Origin: Blastocystis sp. Blastoise
Lineage: Eukaryota; Protista; Bigyra: Opalinata
Reading direction: 5' to 3'
NCBI GenBank assembly: GCA_039096225.1
Contig: JBBPEB010000028.1
Span: 806,001-870,000, forward strand
Length of the DNA stretch: 64,000 nucleotides
Shown here: in pieces, positions 14,269-28,378 of the stretch
Numbering within the stretch: the first letter of the stretch is position 1
Layout of the letters: every line of letters begins with the position of its first letter
The notes under the pieces: model-generated
Told to the model about the DNA's origin: nothing
Databases searched by the model: none
What the model saw: the letters and a program-made list of their open reading frames with translations, nothing else
Program-made: the position numbers and the translations under genes

Positions 14269-15896
14269 ATGTATCTATGTTACAATATATATCTTTATTT
14301 TAAATATACGAATATAGGGAACCACGAGAATTGCAAGTAAACGATAATATTAAGAATGATTGGAATAAATTAGTCAATAGTTATTGTGATTTCATTCTTT
14401 CCTCTAAGGAAACGAATAGACAATCACTCTCTGTACCTGATTATTTATCTTTTGTCGACTCTGATTTAAAACCATTGTTGGAAACACAATTCAAATATTT
14501 ATCTGATCAACTAAGTAGTGATGCAAGACTCCAAGAAAGTGGTGCTTTTTGTGATTCCTTTCTGAATAGTATATCTTATGTCTATGATACATATAAAAAA
14601 GGTGTGATTGTTTCAATAAACACAAGTAACAAGAAAGGCATGTATTATCAACCATTCTCGAACAGCGATTTTTCTAATAATTGGGGAGAACAACTTAAAT
14701 TTAATAATATTCAATTATACACTTCTTATAAAAGGAAATTTGATAATGCTCCTTTGCAATGTATTTATTCCATACTTCCAGCTGAAAAGTGGGTTTATAA
14801 CGGGAATTATATCTATATGCATGAATCTTATCAAGTATATATACATATATATATATATTTCTTTATGTATATTATGTTTCCTTGTTCTATGTCTATTTGT
14901 TTTTCTATTTCCTGTTCATTATTCATTTGATAAACACTCACTTTATCATATATATATATATATATATATATAGTTTGATGGATACATTGACTATTGTTAT
15001 TATGAGAAACTATTTGAAGTTTTTTATAATTATTTACTCAATCATAATGTATATGAATAATAATAATAATAATATTCATTATAATATATATACTTATTAT
15101 TATGACTAGATTTCCCTCTCGATCTCTCTGATTCTCAATTCCTTCCAATTCCCATTAATATATAACACTACTCTACAATCGGAATGCTCTCTTCCCTCCT
15201 TCCAGAAACAACCATCATTCTCGTATATATATATAAATGTTATTTCTTTATAGATCCTTTTCTGTAATTCTTTATTTTTAAATCTCCCTCTCATTTTATT
15301 CTTATATATATCTTTCTATCATCTTCATATACTCTATATATATATAGTGTATATCTGCCTATTCTTGGATCTTACACATCCTCTCCTTTCACAGATCTCC
15401 CTCTCCCTCTGTATATGGACTATATACTGACCTTCCAACCATCCTTCATGCCATCACGATCTCTATTTCTCTCTTCGGTCTATGAGGCTATACATGTCTC
15501 ACAAGATAGTGACGCACACTCCGTCGATCAACGATCCAATTGTCTCTTTTGGAGAGGAGATCTATCCTGTATATATATATATATATATATATATTACTCT
15601 TATAATTACTTCTATAGATAATAGTGGAATTAAAACTATATACCAAGATTTATTAACAATGAAAGAGGAACTGTATGATTTATTCTATATATAAATATAT
15701 TATTATTATTATTATTATTTATATAGTTCTCTTGATATGAAATATACTGATGGAATTGACGCATTCGAAGTTACATCAAGTATGATTCTATATATAAAAT
15801 TATATATATATATATAGATCCTGATAATCCAAAAACATATAAATTTCAGTATTATTTACTTGATGAAAAAGTGTCTATTCCCTTATTGAAAAACAA

Positions 15897-15928
<32 letters not shown>

Positions 15929-16964
15929 TTGTTCCTATTAAATATTACTATATATATTCATTTATAGAAAAGGGGACTATCCAAATATCTTGTATATTAT
16001 TCATTATATATATATATATTTTCTGCTATGTATATATTCTCTATATATTCTTTTAGTAAGACTCTCTCTCAATGTAAATACGCCTTGTATATATATATAT
16101 ATATAATCTCTTTACTATCTCTTTATCTATGTGTCTTCTCTAGAGTGCTTCCTGGTCCACCTTCTTCCTGTTATCTCTCTTTATATGCCATCACTAATAC
16201 ACTCATCATCATGGTATAACCTATTCTCTATTCTCCTATTATAACTATATATATACTTTTATACTCTATATATTACTATCTAGTATCAATATTATATATA
16301 TATATATATAGTCTCCAGAAGTTCATACATGGATAACACCTCTACTCAAACCCTATATTCATTATATACCATTAGTATGTATATATATATGTACTTTTAT
16401 ATATTTTTATATACCTTTAATATCCCTATATATATTCATATAGATAAATGAGAGTATAATAGACACTATATCCTATATTAATACACATCAACAAGACATC
16501 CCTGCTATTATTCATAACATGAAACAACTTATTACTATATGTTGTACTTCTTCTTATATGTATAACTATATGCATTCCCTCTGCACTCTGATTCAATCTC
16601 TTCCTTGTGTTTCTATGTTTAATAACACACTACAGGAATCTAGTGACTTATTCTCTCAAAATAATCGCTATTATTCACTCAAATACCCTTTCTCTTATCC
16701 TATCTCTTTTGTATTTCAATTCATTTATTCATTTATTTATCCTTTACTATTATATATATATCTAGTCGGATCATTTAGAATGCACATGCGTTCGATGCAA
16801 AGAAGTATATGAATCAACAATTCTTTTATATATCTCTATTATTATTATTATTATCATATTTATATGCTCTTCTATAGATGTGTCCTCCAAAATCAAATCA
16901 AATCAAGTATAAATATAAAAAATATCACTCTAATTCATCTCATAGGAGAACCTATAATCAATAA
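14269..16964 (+). CDS. Glycosyltransferase family 90 (CAP10/POGLUT-like) protein, multi-exon
   Basis: LFWRG, CKYAL|VLPG, TWITPLLKPYIHYIP and YMYNYMHSL follow the GT90 pattern; 5' end uncertain; stop TAA 16962-16964. Confidence 0.6.
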
Positions 16965-17396
16965 CAACTGACAAAAACATATTCTTTTAAATTTATCTAT
17001 GACTTGACGTTTATTCAAATTCCTTATCCTTCTGATGATAGCTTTGTTATATATATTCATTTAATAAAATAGAATTTCTTTGTAATTTCTAAAAAAATAA
17101 TTTATTAATACTCATTTCTATTTCACAACTCATGATCATACTCTTATGAATGCATATCACAATATAAAATTATACACAACTCTGCAACTAACAAGTTCAT
17201 TCATAAAGAATCTGGAAAAAAATTATTTCCCTAAAGTACCGACAGGAACTCAGTGAACCCCAAAAAAAAATATTTTTGAAATTCAGTTCGATAAAGAAGG
17301 TTTGATTTCGACAGAAAATTTTTAAACGAGTTAAGTGTTTTTCATTACTTTATTCAAATTATTACCTATATATTCATATAAGAGTTATAGATTCTA

Positions 17397-18615
17397 ATGA
17401 ATACTTCTCTCTACTTTAATATGAGTATGAAAAGAAGATTATGCATTCTATCACTAATAATCTTCATGTTGTGTAGTCCAATAACTAATGCAATCAGTAT
17501 ATATTTTTTATGTGTAATATATTCTTGTTTCTTGGATCACAAGAAATAAGTTATATTCCTTATCAGAATACAATAGAAATCATTTTCTACATCATTTATT
17601 CTTTAATATATAGATATAGATAAATCTGAAGATTCAGATGATATGATGAGCATCGACGATATTATGAGAAAGAATACAACTGAGTCTTTAAACAATTTAA
17701 GACATCTTCAAGGTATTTTTATTATTTTTGTTATTGTTTTATTATATATTTACTATTAGATGTTGACAAGAGTGATTATTTTCTAGTATATGGAATTCCA
17801 GTTATGAAAAACAATGTATATATATATGTTTTTTCTTATTTAAATATAAATTTTATTTATAAATAAACAGGATGCGTTGGTGAATCAGATTCGAACTAAA
17901 GTTTATGCTTCTATCAGTTATATTCAGCAACAATATAATATTAAGATAGTTATCTATACGAAGATTGAAGGAGCTTTCTTTAAACCGGAATTCAAACAAT
18001 TTACAGTTGTTAATCATTTTAAGTATATATATATATATATTATTATTATTGGTATTCATTATATATAATATATTTTTATTAAAGGACGAATTCCCTTGGT
18101 TATCCTTTAGTAACATCTCTCTTGGAGGATATGCGATCCAAATGGACTTCTGCTTATTATGGGATTCTATCCCCAGAAACATTTCAATCTTCTACTCTTA
18201 TACATACACTTCTTTCTATTAAGAATTCTATGTCCAAAGAAAGAATACTTAGAAAGGTATATATATATATAGATATAGATATATATATATATAGAATATG
18301 TTAGTTGGGCATCGTCATTTAGTACCAGCCAATCAAATTCAAATGAATTATATAACACAATTCGATTACGATCTTCATGTATCTAATCTTTGTACGGAGG
18401 ACAATGAAGATAATTCATTCACTTTTGTATTTATATATGCTTATATATTTATTTTTATCTTCTTTTCTATATATATATAGGATTTCTTCATCTTCTCTAA
18501 AAATGCTGATTTATCGGAATTGTGTCCCATCGCGTACGGAGAACCGTACGTTGAACGTCTATTAACATCGTATTGCTTTTATAAGAATATTCAAGTTATT
18601 GATGTCTCTACTACG

Positions 18616-18682
<67 letters not shown>

Positions 18683-18919
18683 TTTTTTATTTATGTATTT
18701 TCTCCTTCTATATATATATATATAGTCAGTACTATTCACGGTATGAATCCGCTTCTCGATTCTACAGTCACTTCAGTTGCTGTCACGAATGGCCTCTGTG
18801 TCAATAAATATAATACACTACAAATAGAAAATAAACTCAATTGGAAGACTATTAACACCAGATCCTATTTTGATAATGTTACTTTTGTTAATCCTATTAT
18901 CAAGGTTAGAGTATTCTAA
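17397..18919 (+). CDS. Secreted or type II membrane protein, putative GT-A-like glycosyltransferase
   Basis: N-terminal hydrophobic segment RRLCILSLIIFMLC; consistent GT-AG splicing; motifs TNSLGYP, YYGIL, LVGHR, DFFIF, VIDVSTT|VSTIH; function is inference. Confidence 0.5.
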
Positions 18920-20605
18920 ATCGAATTATTATATATATATATAAAGATCTTCTAGCTTCTCTATTATACACTAGTATATATACTATTATATATACTATTT
19001 TTATATACTGCTATAAATACTATTCTATTTGAACTTTTTTTCCTTTTATATATTATTATTCTTTCTTTTTTTTTTTGTTCTTTTCTTTTAGCTCCTCTTC
19101 TCTATTCACATTATTTGTAAATATATATATTACTATATGATATTTTTTCTCTTCTATCTATTTGATTTTTTTTTTTATTTACTAAATTTGAACACATATT
19201 TCATATTTATATATACTCATATTTATATACCTTCTTTATCTTCTTATTTTTTTTTTATACTTTTATAAATCATTATTCACTTGACTTTTTTATTTTTAGT
19301 TTCTTTTATTCAATAATTTTTTTTTTTTAATTTTCCTTTTGAATCTATTCTACTAATTTTATATTATATTCTCTAATTCATTTCTCTTTCTCTCTTTTTT
19401 AATTTTTATTTATCTTTCCTTTTTATTATTTATATTTTCTTTATATACTCTCCACATCTTATTTTTTCTTCTTATTTTATTTGTGTTTTGTATGGAATAT
19501 CATCTCGCAAACATTTTTTTGTCTATTTATTTGTGTCATCCTTCCTTCTCTTTATAGTTTCTTGTGTTATATGTATTTCTATACTATATATATATATATT
19601 ATTCACTTGTATTAAGAATTATAAAGATATCTTAAATGCATATTTTGTGTTTTGTTGAGAATCAAGTTTAATATATATGAAATAGTTATAAGTCAATCAT
19701 CATTTTAATGAATAAAAGTTATATATATATATAGTTGATCAAAGGTATTATTTGATAAGTATAAACAATATTCTATGCTTTTTATTCCATTTGATACATA
19801 TGTAATAATAAGTATAAGTATTCATAGGTATAGAATTAGAAGACTATATTCTATTTATGTATAGAGTAATATTTTTTTAAATTTTTAACCAAAAAAAAAC
19901 AAATATAGCCAGTTAGTAGGCAACTAATATCTTCTATTCTTCTGGTGTCATATAATGAAGTCTCTTTGTTAAAAACACCGAGTAATAGTAAAAATATATA
20001 TATTAGCCTTTATAACCTTTAATTTAACAGAATTTCAATATGAAAAAGATTTCTTATAGTCACAATTCATGTTTGGTGCTTTTATTTCTATAGAATATTT
20101 TTTATTAACCCATAAAAAGTAATTCAATAATCATAGTGTTGTAAAACCCATTAGAAATATCATCATCGATAAATAATAGTTAGACAATAGTTCTGGAGAC
20201 ATCTACATATTATATTGGATGAAATCTTCATGAATTCTGTGCAAAAAAAGTATTAATTTGTTGTATCACTTCAGAACAATCGATGTCTAGAGATATTATT
20301 AAGTTCGTCAAATATTTATCTTTACCATTCATAAATAGTAGAATAAGAATATTAAAAAATGAATCTCATGTTATTAATTATAATTACATACATTATTAAT
20401 CTAAAGACCAAAAAACACATTTATTGTTGTCTATTTTCTCCGTTTCCTTGTTCGTTTTCTGAGAAAAATAAAGGATTTCTCGTTTGTTTCTATTAGCAAT
20501 AATTCTGTTGATATATCTATATCTTGACTTCAAGTTTTAAAACTACATTTCATTTCTATATTATTTTTAAAACTTTGTTACATAATCTTTATAAGGAAAA
20601 TCAAT

Positions 20606-21386
20606 ATGTCATTGAGACAAACGGTGCAGGTTTCCAATACATACAAGATAGTAATGCTTGGTCGATCTATGTCTGGAAAAACATGCCTTATTCATACATA
20701 TGTAAAGGGGATGTTTAAAGCAGGCACACTTGCAACAATTGGAGTAGAACTTCAAACTAAGTTCATTACTGTGGATGATCAACTAATTAAACTACAAATC
20801 TGGGATACTGCTGGTAGTGACCAATATGAATCTATTACTAAATCATACTACAGAGGTGCTCATGGAATTGTTCTTTTGTATGATATAACCTATAGAGAAT
20901 CATTTGAAAAAATAGGATATTATATGCAAAGCATCTATGATAATGCAGATGAAGATGTACGAGTAATTCTTGTCGGAAATAAAAGTGATTTAGAAGATAA
21001 AAGAGTATGTATATATTTATATAATCACAATTATTATGATTATTATTATATGTTTCTTTTATTTTTCACTTATTAAATATATGTTTATAATAAAGGCAGT
21101 ATCTTATGAAGAAGGTAAAAGATTAGCAGGTAAGTATAATATTTCATTTTTTGAATCTTCTGCTGCTACTGGACAAAATATTAGCGATATTTTTATGACT
21201 TTAACAAGGGAATGTATGCAAGTTAATCCTAACTCTAACCCTCAAGATGATCAAAAAAAAATTGTATATAAAATCATGAAAATTATTCATATTATTCTTA
21301 TTATTCATAATATATATAATAATGTATATACATAGATTATTGACCCAACACCAAAACCAAAACCAGACCCAAAGCAATGCTGTTAA
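20606..21386 (+). CDS. Divergent Rab GTPase (Rab1/Rab8-like)
   Basis: GRSMSGKT, TIGV, IKLQIWDTAG, SYYRGAHG, GNKSDL, ESSA, C-terminal CC; two introns; TAA 21384-21386. Confidence 0.92.
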
Positions 21387-21768
21387 TAGTTATTGTTACA
21401 AAAAATATAATACTTGTTTTCTATTCTCTTCTTTCTTAAATTGTTTTCATAAAGTTATCTATGTAGATTTGTATGTATATTTATTGTTTTTCTTTTAAAT
21501 AAAGATTGGTATTTTTCTGTGGTTTTCTTTAAAGATTATAATAATCTTAATTGTTATTTTATAATATTTATAAATAATTTAGTATAAAGTATTTTTATTA
21601 TAATGAACTTAGTATAAATAAACGAAATGCTTTATAAAGCAAAAAATGAATGATATTAAATAGAAGCAGAAAATATTATAAATATGCAATTATAACATAT
21701 ATTTTATTTAAATAAAAAAAGAAGAACTATTGAAAGATATAATAATAGTAAAATAACAGAAAATGCGT

Positions 21769-22052
21769 TTAAATTGTGTCGGCGTAACATATATATCCAC
21801 TGAAACTCTTTGATATTGTCATGTTACTATAAAAATAAATACTCTATTATCAGAAAACAATTGGAATACATACTAATCAGTAGTTTCTATAGTAATTATT
21901 GGAGATTGATCTGGATGAAGTGTGCCGATTGTATTATAAAGATTCGCTATAGTGCCTGTAGCATTGGAGAAGTCATGCGACGATAAACCACCTTCTGAAC
22001 TTATAAGACATCCATTTTGATCAATAAAGTATGTATTCGAATGAATGGACAT
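21769..22052 (-). CDS. LAMTOR5/HBXIP-like Ragulator subunit (78 aa, one intron 21827-21873)
   Basis: Exons 22052-21874 and 21826-21769 splice in frame: MSIHSNTYFIDQNGCLISSEGGLSSHDFSNATGTIANLYNTIGTLHPDQSPIITIETTDYNMTISKSFSGYICYADTI; DxxG..G.L, GxIxxL and PIITIET resemble LAMTOR5. Confidence 0.68.
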
Positions 22053-22235
22053 TAGGAATAAATATATATAGAACGATTAATGTAAAATATGTATAAAACA
22101 GTATTCAGAAGTTTCAGAAAATTCAGTGTTTTTCTTCTGATTTGGTCTTTTTAAAAAATATTCATTTTGTGAGTTTCACACCTTTGTTATTTATTTTAGC
22201 ATTCCTAAATTTCTTAAAGTTTTAGTTCGGTCAAT

Positions 22236-22897
22236 ATGCTTCCACTTATGTCTTCATTATTCAGTGATAACCGAAAAGTCGGTATGATTCTATTATGCAT
22301 CGGTCTTCTCTTTCTGTTTCTCGGCGTTATCTTACTCTTCGACGATGTTCTTCTTGTTATGGGAAACATATTCTTCATTTCAGCATTTCCATTTCTGATA
22401 GGATTCACTCGAACTATACATTTCTTCAATCCATTTGAACGTTCTAATAAATGGAAAGGTGTTTTATGCTTCTTTGGAGGTGTACTCTTAGTATTATTTA
22501 GATGGCCTATAACTGGAATGATTGTTGAAGCCTATATATCTTTTCATATACTTTTATTGATTTATTTCATTTTTTTCTTTTTTATATTCTTATATTTTTC
22601 TTAATTATCTCTTACGGAATGATATATTTATTTGGTCGTTTCTTCCCCATGATTGTGTCCTTCTTAAGCCATGTATATATATGTTTATAGTTTTTATAAT
22701 ACTTAATTTTTTTATATGTTTATTATTAGTTATTTAATTAATATATAATAATCGTTATGTAGATTTTTTTTTTGTTATTTAATATATATATATATATATA
22801 GCTTCCTTATGTGGGTGCTATATTAGATCAAATTCCATATATAAATACATTTATTCATAAAAAAGCAGAAGATATGCCGAGAATGATGGAAGTTTAA
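22236..22897 (+). CDS. GOT1: Vesicle transport protein Got1/GOLT1
   Basis: SDNRKVG, LGVILLFD..LLVMGNIFF, GFTRTIHFF, FFGG, WPITGMIVEAY|GMIYLFGRFFP; AT-AC intron 22536-22615; TAA 22895-22897. Confidence 0.92.
22536..22615 (+). other. U12-type AT-AC intron in Got1
   Basis: 5' ATATCTTTT, branch-like TTTCTTAAT about 10 nt upstream of terminal TAC; removal restores the EAY|G..LFG.FFP Got1 motif. Confidence 0.88.
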
Positions 22898-23170
22898 ATG
22901 GATTTATTTATATATATGATTGTAAATATATGTCTTTGTTGCTATTTCTTCTTTCTCTGTGTTATCTATATAGATTATTGTTATTTTAATGATTTTTGTT
23001 TTTAAATGAGAATTTATTAATGTTTTTTTTAGTATTTAATATACATAGTTTTTTACAATGGTTTTTTGCGTGAAAACAAGAATTAAAAGATATTTTTTTG
23101 TTATCTATTTATTCTATTATAAATGAATAATAAGTTCATATGAACAAAAACCAAATATACAAAAGAATAA

Positions 23171-23202
<32 letters not shown>

Positions 23203-23480
23203 GAATACTATAATAAAATGCATAACGAAACAATTACAGAATCATAAAACAGTACAATAAATAACAATACAAAAATATTTAAAAATAGTATAATATATAA
23301 GCATTTGATAATAAATATTAATATATATATATATTATTATTCATTATTTAAAAAAAAAATAGAAAACACATAGCAACGTTAATAAGAAGAAGCAAAGAAA
23401 ATAAAACTAAACGTTTATAAATAGAGAGAAAAACTATAATAGGAATTCAATAGAAAAAGTGATTTATATATATATAGTGT

Positions 23481-23640
23481 TTAGAAAGTTTTGCATCCAA
23501 GAGCACATGCAGTTCCCGCCAAAGTGACAGCAGCAGTACCAAGATTTATTAATACTGTTTTCCTATATATATATAGAGTATATTAAGAAGAAAATATAAA
23601 TAGTATATATATATATATAAGAAAAAGTGTTAATAATTTA

Positions 23641-23716
<76 letters not shown>

Positions 23717-24110
23717 TGGAGCTTCTTGTTCTGTTTTCACTCGTTTCGCTTGATATTCATCGTTTTCATTGGATGCACCATTATTTCCCTCTTTCTTTGT
23801 AATAAATCCATCTTCAACATCTCTATAAGTAACTTTATAATTATCTGTAGTAATAGCTAAAGTTAAAGGTATAGATTTAGGAATAGAATCCATTCGTTTA
23901 ATCTCTATAGGTACAGGAGTAACAGGGGAAATAGGGGAAACATGGGAACACAAAGGATCACAAATAGAAATAGGAAGTGCAATTGGAGTTAATTCTTTTG
24001 GATTCATTTGAATAGGTATCTATATATATATATATATAGATAAGTATAAGAAAAAGAGAGTTATATATATATATATATACATGTGGAGACACTTTAGGAA
24101 CTTGAGCATC

Positions 24111-24151
<41 letters not shown>

Positions 24152-24283
24152 CTTGATTCTGTCTGGGTCTCAAGTTCTTGATTATCTAAAGTATATATAT
24201 ATGTAATATAACCATAATAATATTATATATATATATACTGTCTTGATTACTTGAGACCTCTAGCTCGTTTTCTATAAAGAGAG

Positions 24284-24319
<36 letters not shown>

Positions 24320-24348
24320 TTGACAAAGAACGAAGGTTATATCTTGGC

Positions 24349-24386
<38 letters not shown>

Positions 24387-25359
24387 CTATATATATATAT
24401 ACAGGAGTAAGTATAAGTTCTGCTTTTGGCATGGTTGGTACTATATATAAATAATCATGGAAATATATAAAGAATAAATGTAATTTAATAAAAAAAACCA
24501 TGAAAATAAATACATATTTCAGAATTAGATAGGTCTGAAATAGAACGTTTTACTTCTATATATATATATATATATTATTATATAACATATATAAATATAG
24601 ATATATACGAGAAGATTTCTCATTATTATCGTCTATCGCTATATATATATATAATAAGCATTTATTATATAATAATAATAATAATATATATATGTTTATA
24701 TACATTTAGTCTTTTGAACCTTAGATTTCTTATCTACTTTCTCTTTCTTATTTTCTTTAACTTTCTTATTTTCTTTCTCTTTCTTTTCTTCTTTCTCTTT
24801 CTTATTTTCTTTCTCTTTCTTTTCTACTTTCTCTTTTTTATTTTCTTTCTCTTGAGGAGAGACAGCTGAAGGAGATGGTACTTGTTGTAATACAAGCATA
24901 TCTATTAATATATATATATATATAGAATAATAATAAGAATAATAATAAGTCATATATATATAATCAAAAGAAAATAAGAAAAACAAATAAATATATATAT
25001 ATACCAATGGAATGTGCTGGAGTGAACTATATAAATATAATAATAATAAATAAAAGTATAATAATAATAATATATATGTATATACAATAGGAGTATGTTT
25101 GTCAACAGGATTAGAAATACTCTTTTCAAATAGCTTTATATACTTGTTATATATCTTTTCATTTATTTTATCAAGTGAATATAATTCAGTTATAAACTGA
25201 GAAAAGATATCAGTTTGCTTGGCAAATAAAATATTTGATTCTTCTTTAATTTGTTGAATTTCTCGCGGTTTTTTATCTCCAAACCAAGGAAGAGGTTTAT
25301 TAGTATAAAGTTGATAGAGTAGATATGCAATACCAATAAGATCATCCAAAGGAGTGCAT

Positions 25360-25446
<87 letters not shown>

Positions 25447-25558
25447 TAATATTATTATGCATAGATATGCTGCAATATGCATAGTTTCCGTTAAATTTAT
25501 GAGGGTCTTCGAATTCGTTAGCTGTACGATATCTAATGATATAATAATAATAATAAAC

Positions 25559-25629
<71 letters not shown>

Positions 25630-26394
25630 CATAATAATAATAATAATAACATATATATATATATACTTAAGAACACATCCTAGATCGACAAGAACCAGTT
25701 GTTTCTCTTTAGGATCTTCTCGAATCATGATATTTTCAGGTTTCATGTCACGATATACATACCCTTTTTTATGAAGGAAATGAATAGTTTCCAACTATAT
25801 ATATAATATATATATTATTCATAAAAAATACAACAGAAAATAATAATAATAAATTGAATAATATATATAATAAACAAAAAAAATAATAATAAACATATAT
25901 ATATATACCAACTGAATACCAGCTTTGCAAACATCAGTTACTGTAAATTGAGTTTGTTTTTCAATTAAATCTAAAAGAGTATAAGGAAGATATTCCATAA
26001 CTAGCCATTTGTAGCCAATGATTTCTCCATAGAATGGTTTTGAGGGAATTTTTGCAAATCCTGTGAATCCATAAAACTGTGTAAAATATACTAATTACAT
26101 ACCTTGATGAGAATTCTTAATATAGAGACGGTAAAGCATAGATTCTAAAGAAAGAGATGTTGAAGCAGTACTGTTCTTGTTTTTCTTTGTAGAACCAGAA
26201 CCTTTAATTGGTGCTAACTTCATTGCCCATTTTGTGTCGTGATCATTAATTTCATGCACTAATAATAAATACTCAGATATTTTATATGATGAATCAATAC
26301 CTTGATATACAGTACCAAAGGAACCATGTCCAACTTCGTTGTCAATTATCCAGTTTCCAATTTTTTTTTCAGCCTTAAAGATCTCTTGTGACAT
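23481..26394 (-). CDS. CK1/VRK-family kinase with long low-complexity tail and C-terminal hydrophobic segment
   Basis: GHGSFGTVY, WAMK, WLVMEY, YVYRDMKPENI, LVDLG, DDLIGIAY, LPW; many micro-exons; ends LINLGTAAVTLAGTACALGCKTF*. Confidence 0.8.
25362..25665. repeat. Long intronic (TA)n and (AAT)n microsatellites
   Basis: (TA)n at ~25362-25445 and (AAT)n at ~25541-25650; source of the spurious poly-Ile and poly-IY ORFs. Confidence 0.95.
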
Positions 26395-27027
26395 CTTGTT
26401 TGATATTATATAAATATTTATAAAATGCCAAGTGAATTAGCAGATAAATACAATTATCTATTGTTTTAAGAAAACAACCTGATTTCTCCTTTTTCAACTC
26501 ATTTTAATCGTGGTTATAAATGAATAAAAAAATTTAATTTTTTTTCAAAACACGTCACTTTATTTTCTGTATTCTACTCTATGGAATGGCTTACTGTTGT
26601 TTATATATATCTAGAATGCTTAACACTATGTTGTTCATGACAAAAACAATTGATTTCACGTTTATATACTATAATTTCAAATAACAATGTTCATTACAAA
26701 GATTAAATCATATAAATTGGTAAAGAATTATGTTTGAAGTATTTAAAAATGACAAAAAAAATTATCATCGAAATAAAGAGTTGTATACGAATAAATCGGA
26801 ATTATAGCTTTTTAAAGCAAATAAATAGAAATCAAGTAGACTTAAACAATAGAAATTAAATATGTATATTAATATAAAAACATATATGACTTGATAATAA
26901 TAGTAACAATAGCTTTTTATTGAAGACTTTGATATAAGTATAGAATACAATGTATTTTAAAGAAATATTTAAATATATATATGTATATATAAAGAATAAT
27001 ATATATAGTAGTAACTAACTCTATAAA

Positions 27028-28378
27028 TTAATTATTAAATCGGCCTACATCTGCAAAATAAGGATGTTTCAAGGCATGAGCACAATCGATACGCTTATCA
27101 GGATCATAAGCTAACATTTTCTATATATATATATATATATATATATTATAAGTTTATTCATGATATATGTAAATAGTTAATATATGGAATACATATTTAT
27201 AATAAGTAAAGAATATAAATAAAATGAATAATATATAACTATATATATATATATAAATAATAAATATACTTTAAGTAAATCAATAGCTGGTGGACTCATT
27301 CCTTTAACAATATCTTCAAATCTCTTTACAGGATAATCCGGAGTATTTGGATCCCAATTTAATTCACGGGAATGAGGCCATTCTTCTATAGAGGGTGTAC
27401 CTAACTTCTTAAATATAATATCAATTTGATCTTTTTCATTCTGACCAGGAAATAAAGGACGACCATTATACATTTCTATATATATTATATCTTATTATAA
27501 TTATTATTAGTATTAATGTTTATTATTAATATTAATCTATAAAAGTATCAATATAATAATAATATTAGCATATCTTTCTTATGTAATATATAACAATCAA
27601 ACAAAAAAAATAAAGAGAATATATATATATGTATATATATACCTGCGAAAATACATCCGATACTCCATATATCTACAGAAGTTGAATAATCTCTACTTCC
27701 TAAGAGGACATCAGGGGCTCTATACCATAAGGTCACAACCTCATTCGTATATCTATATATATATATAATAATTATAAAATAATAATAATAACAGTAATAA
27801 GATAAAAATACATAAACATGAATATACATAAAATAAATAAAATATAATAATAATAATAATATACTTCTTAACAGGTATCCCTGAAGCTCTAGCTAAACCG
27901 AAATCAGCCAATTTCAGCTCAAAATCACGACTTAATAATAAATTATGAGGTTTTAAATCTCTGTGTAGAATTCTAAATTTATGGCAATGATTAACAGCTG
28001 ATAAAAGTTGATACATAAGATGTTTAATTAAAGGTTCTTCTAAATGATGTTCTTTATCTAAAAATTTACGTAAATCTTGATCTACATATTCAAAAACAAG
28101 TGTTAAGCAATTATCTGAATGAATAACATCATAAAGTCTTTATATAAAAGTGTGATTTAAAAATATTCTCTATTTTTAGCATACTTGACAATATTTGGAT
28201 GATTCAATTCCTTTAATAAAGCGATTTCTCGAATAGCTGTACTTGGAATACCTTCATCTTTTTGTTCAAGTCGAATGTTCTTAAGAGCAACAATATCTCC
28301 AGTTTCCGTATCACGAGCTTGGTAGACAACACCATAGGCACCTTCTCCTGCCTTTTGAAGTTTCTCATATCGTTCCAT
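27028..28378 (-). CDS. PSTAIRE cyclin-dependent kinase (CDK1/CDK5-like)
   Basis: [66 protein letters not shown]; TAA 27028-27030. Confidence 0.95.

Noticed and set aside
112-25774. Many ORF-track entries rich in I/Y/F (for example 112-348, 454-666, 25457-25774)
   Set aside because: Translations of intronic (TA)n/(AAT)n or antisense shadows of real exons
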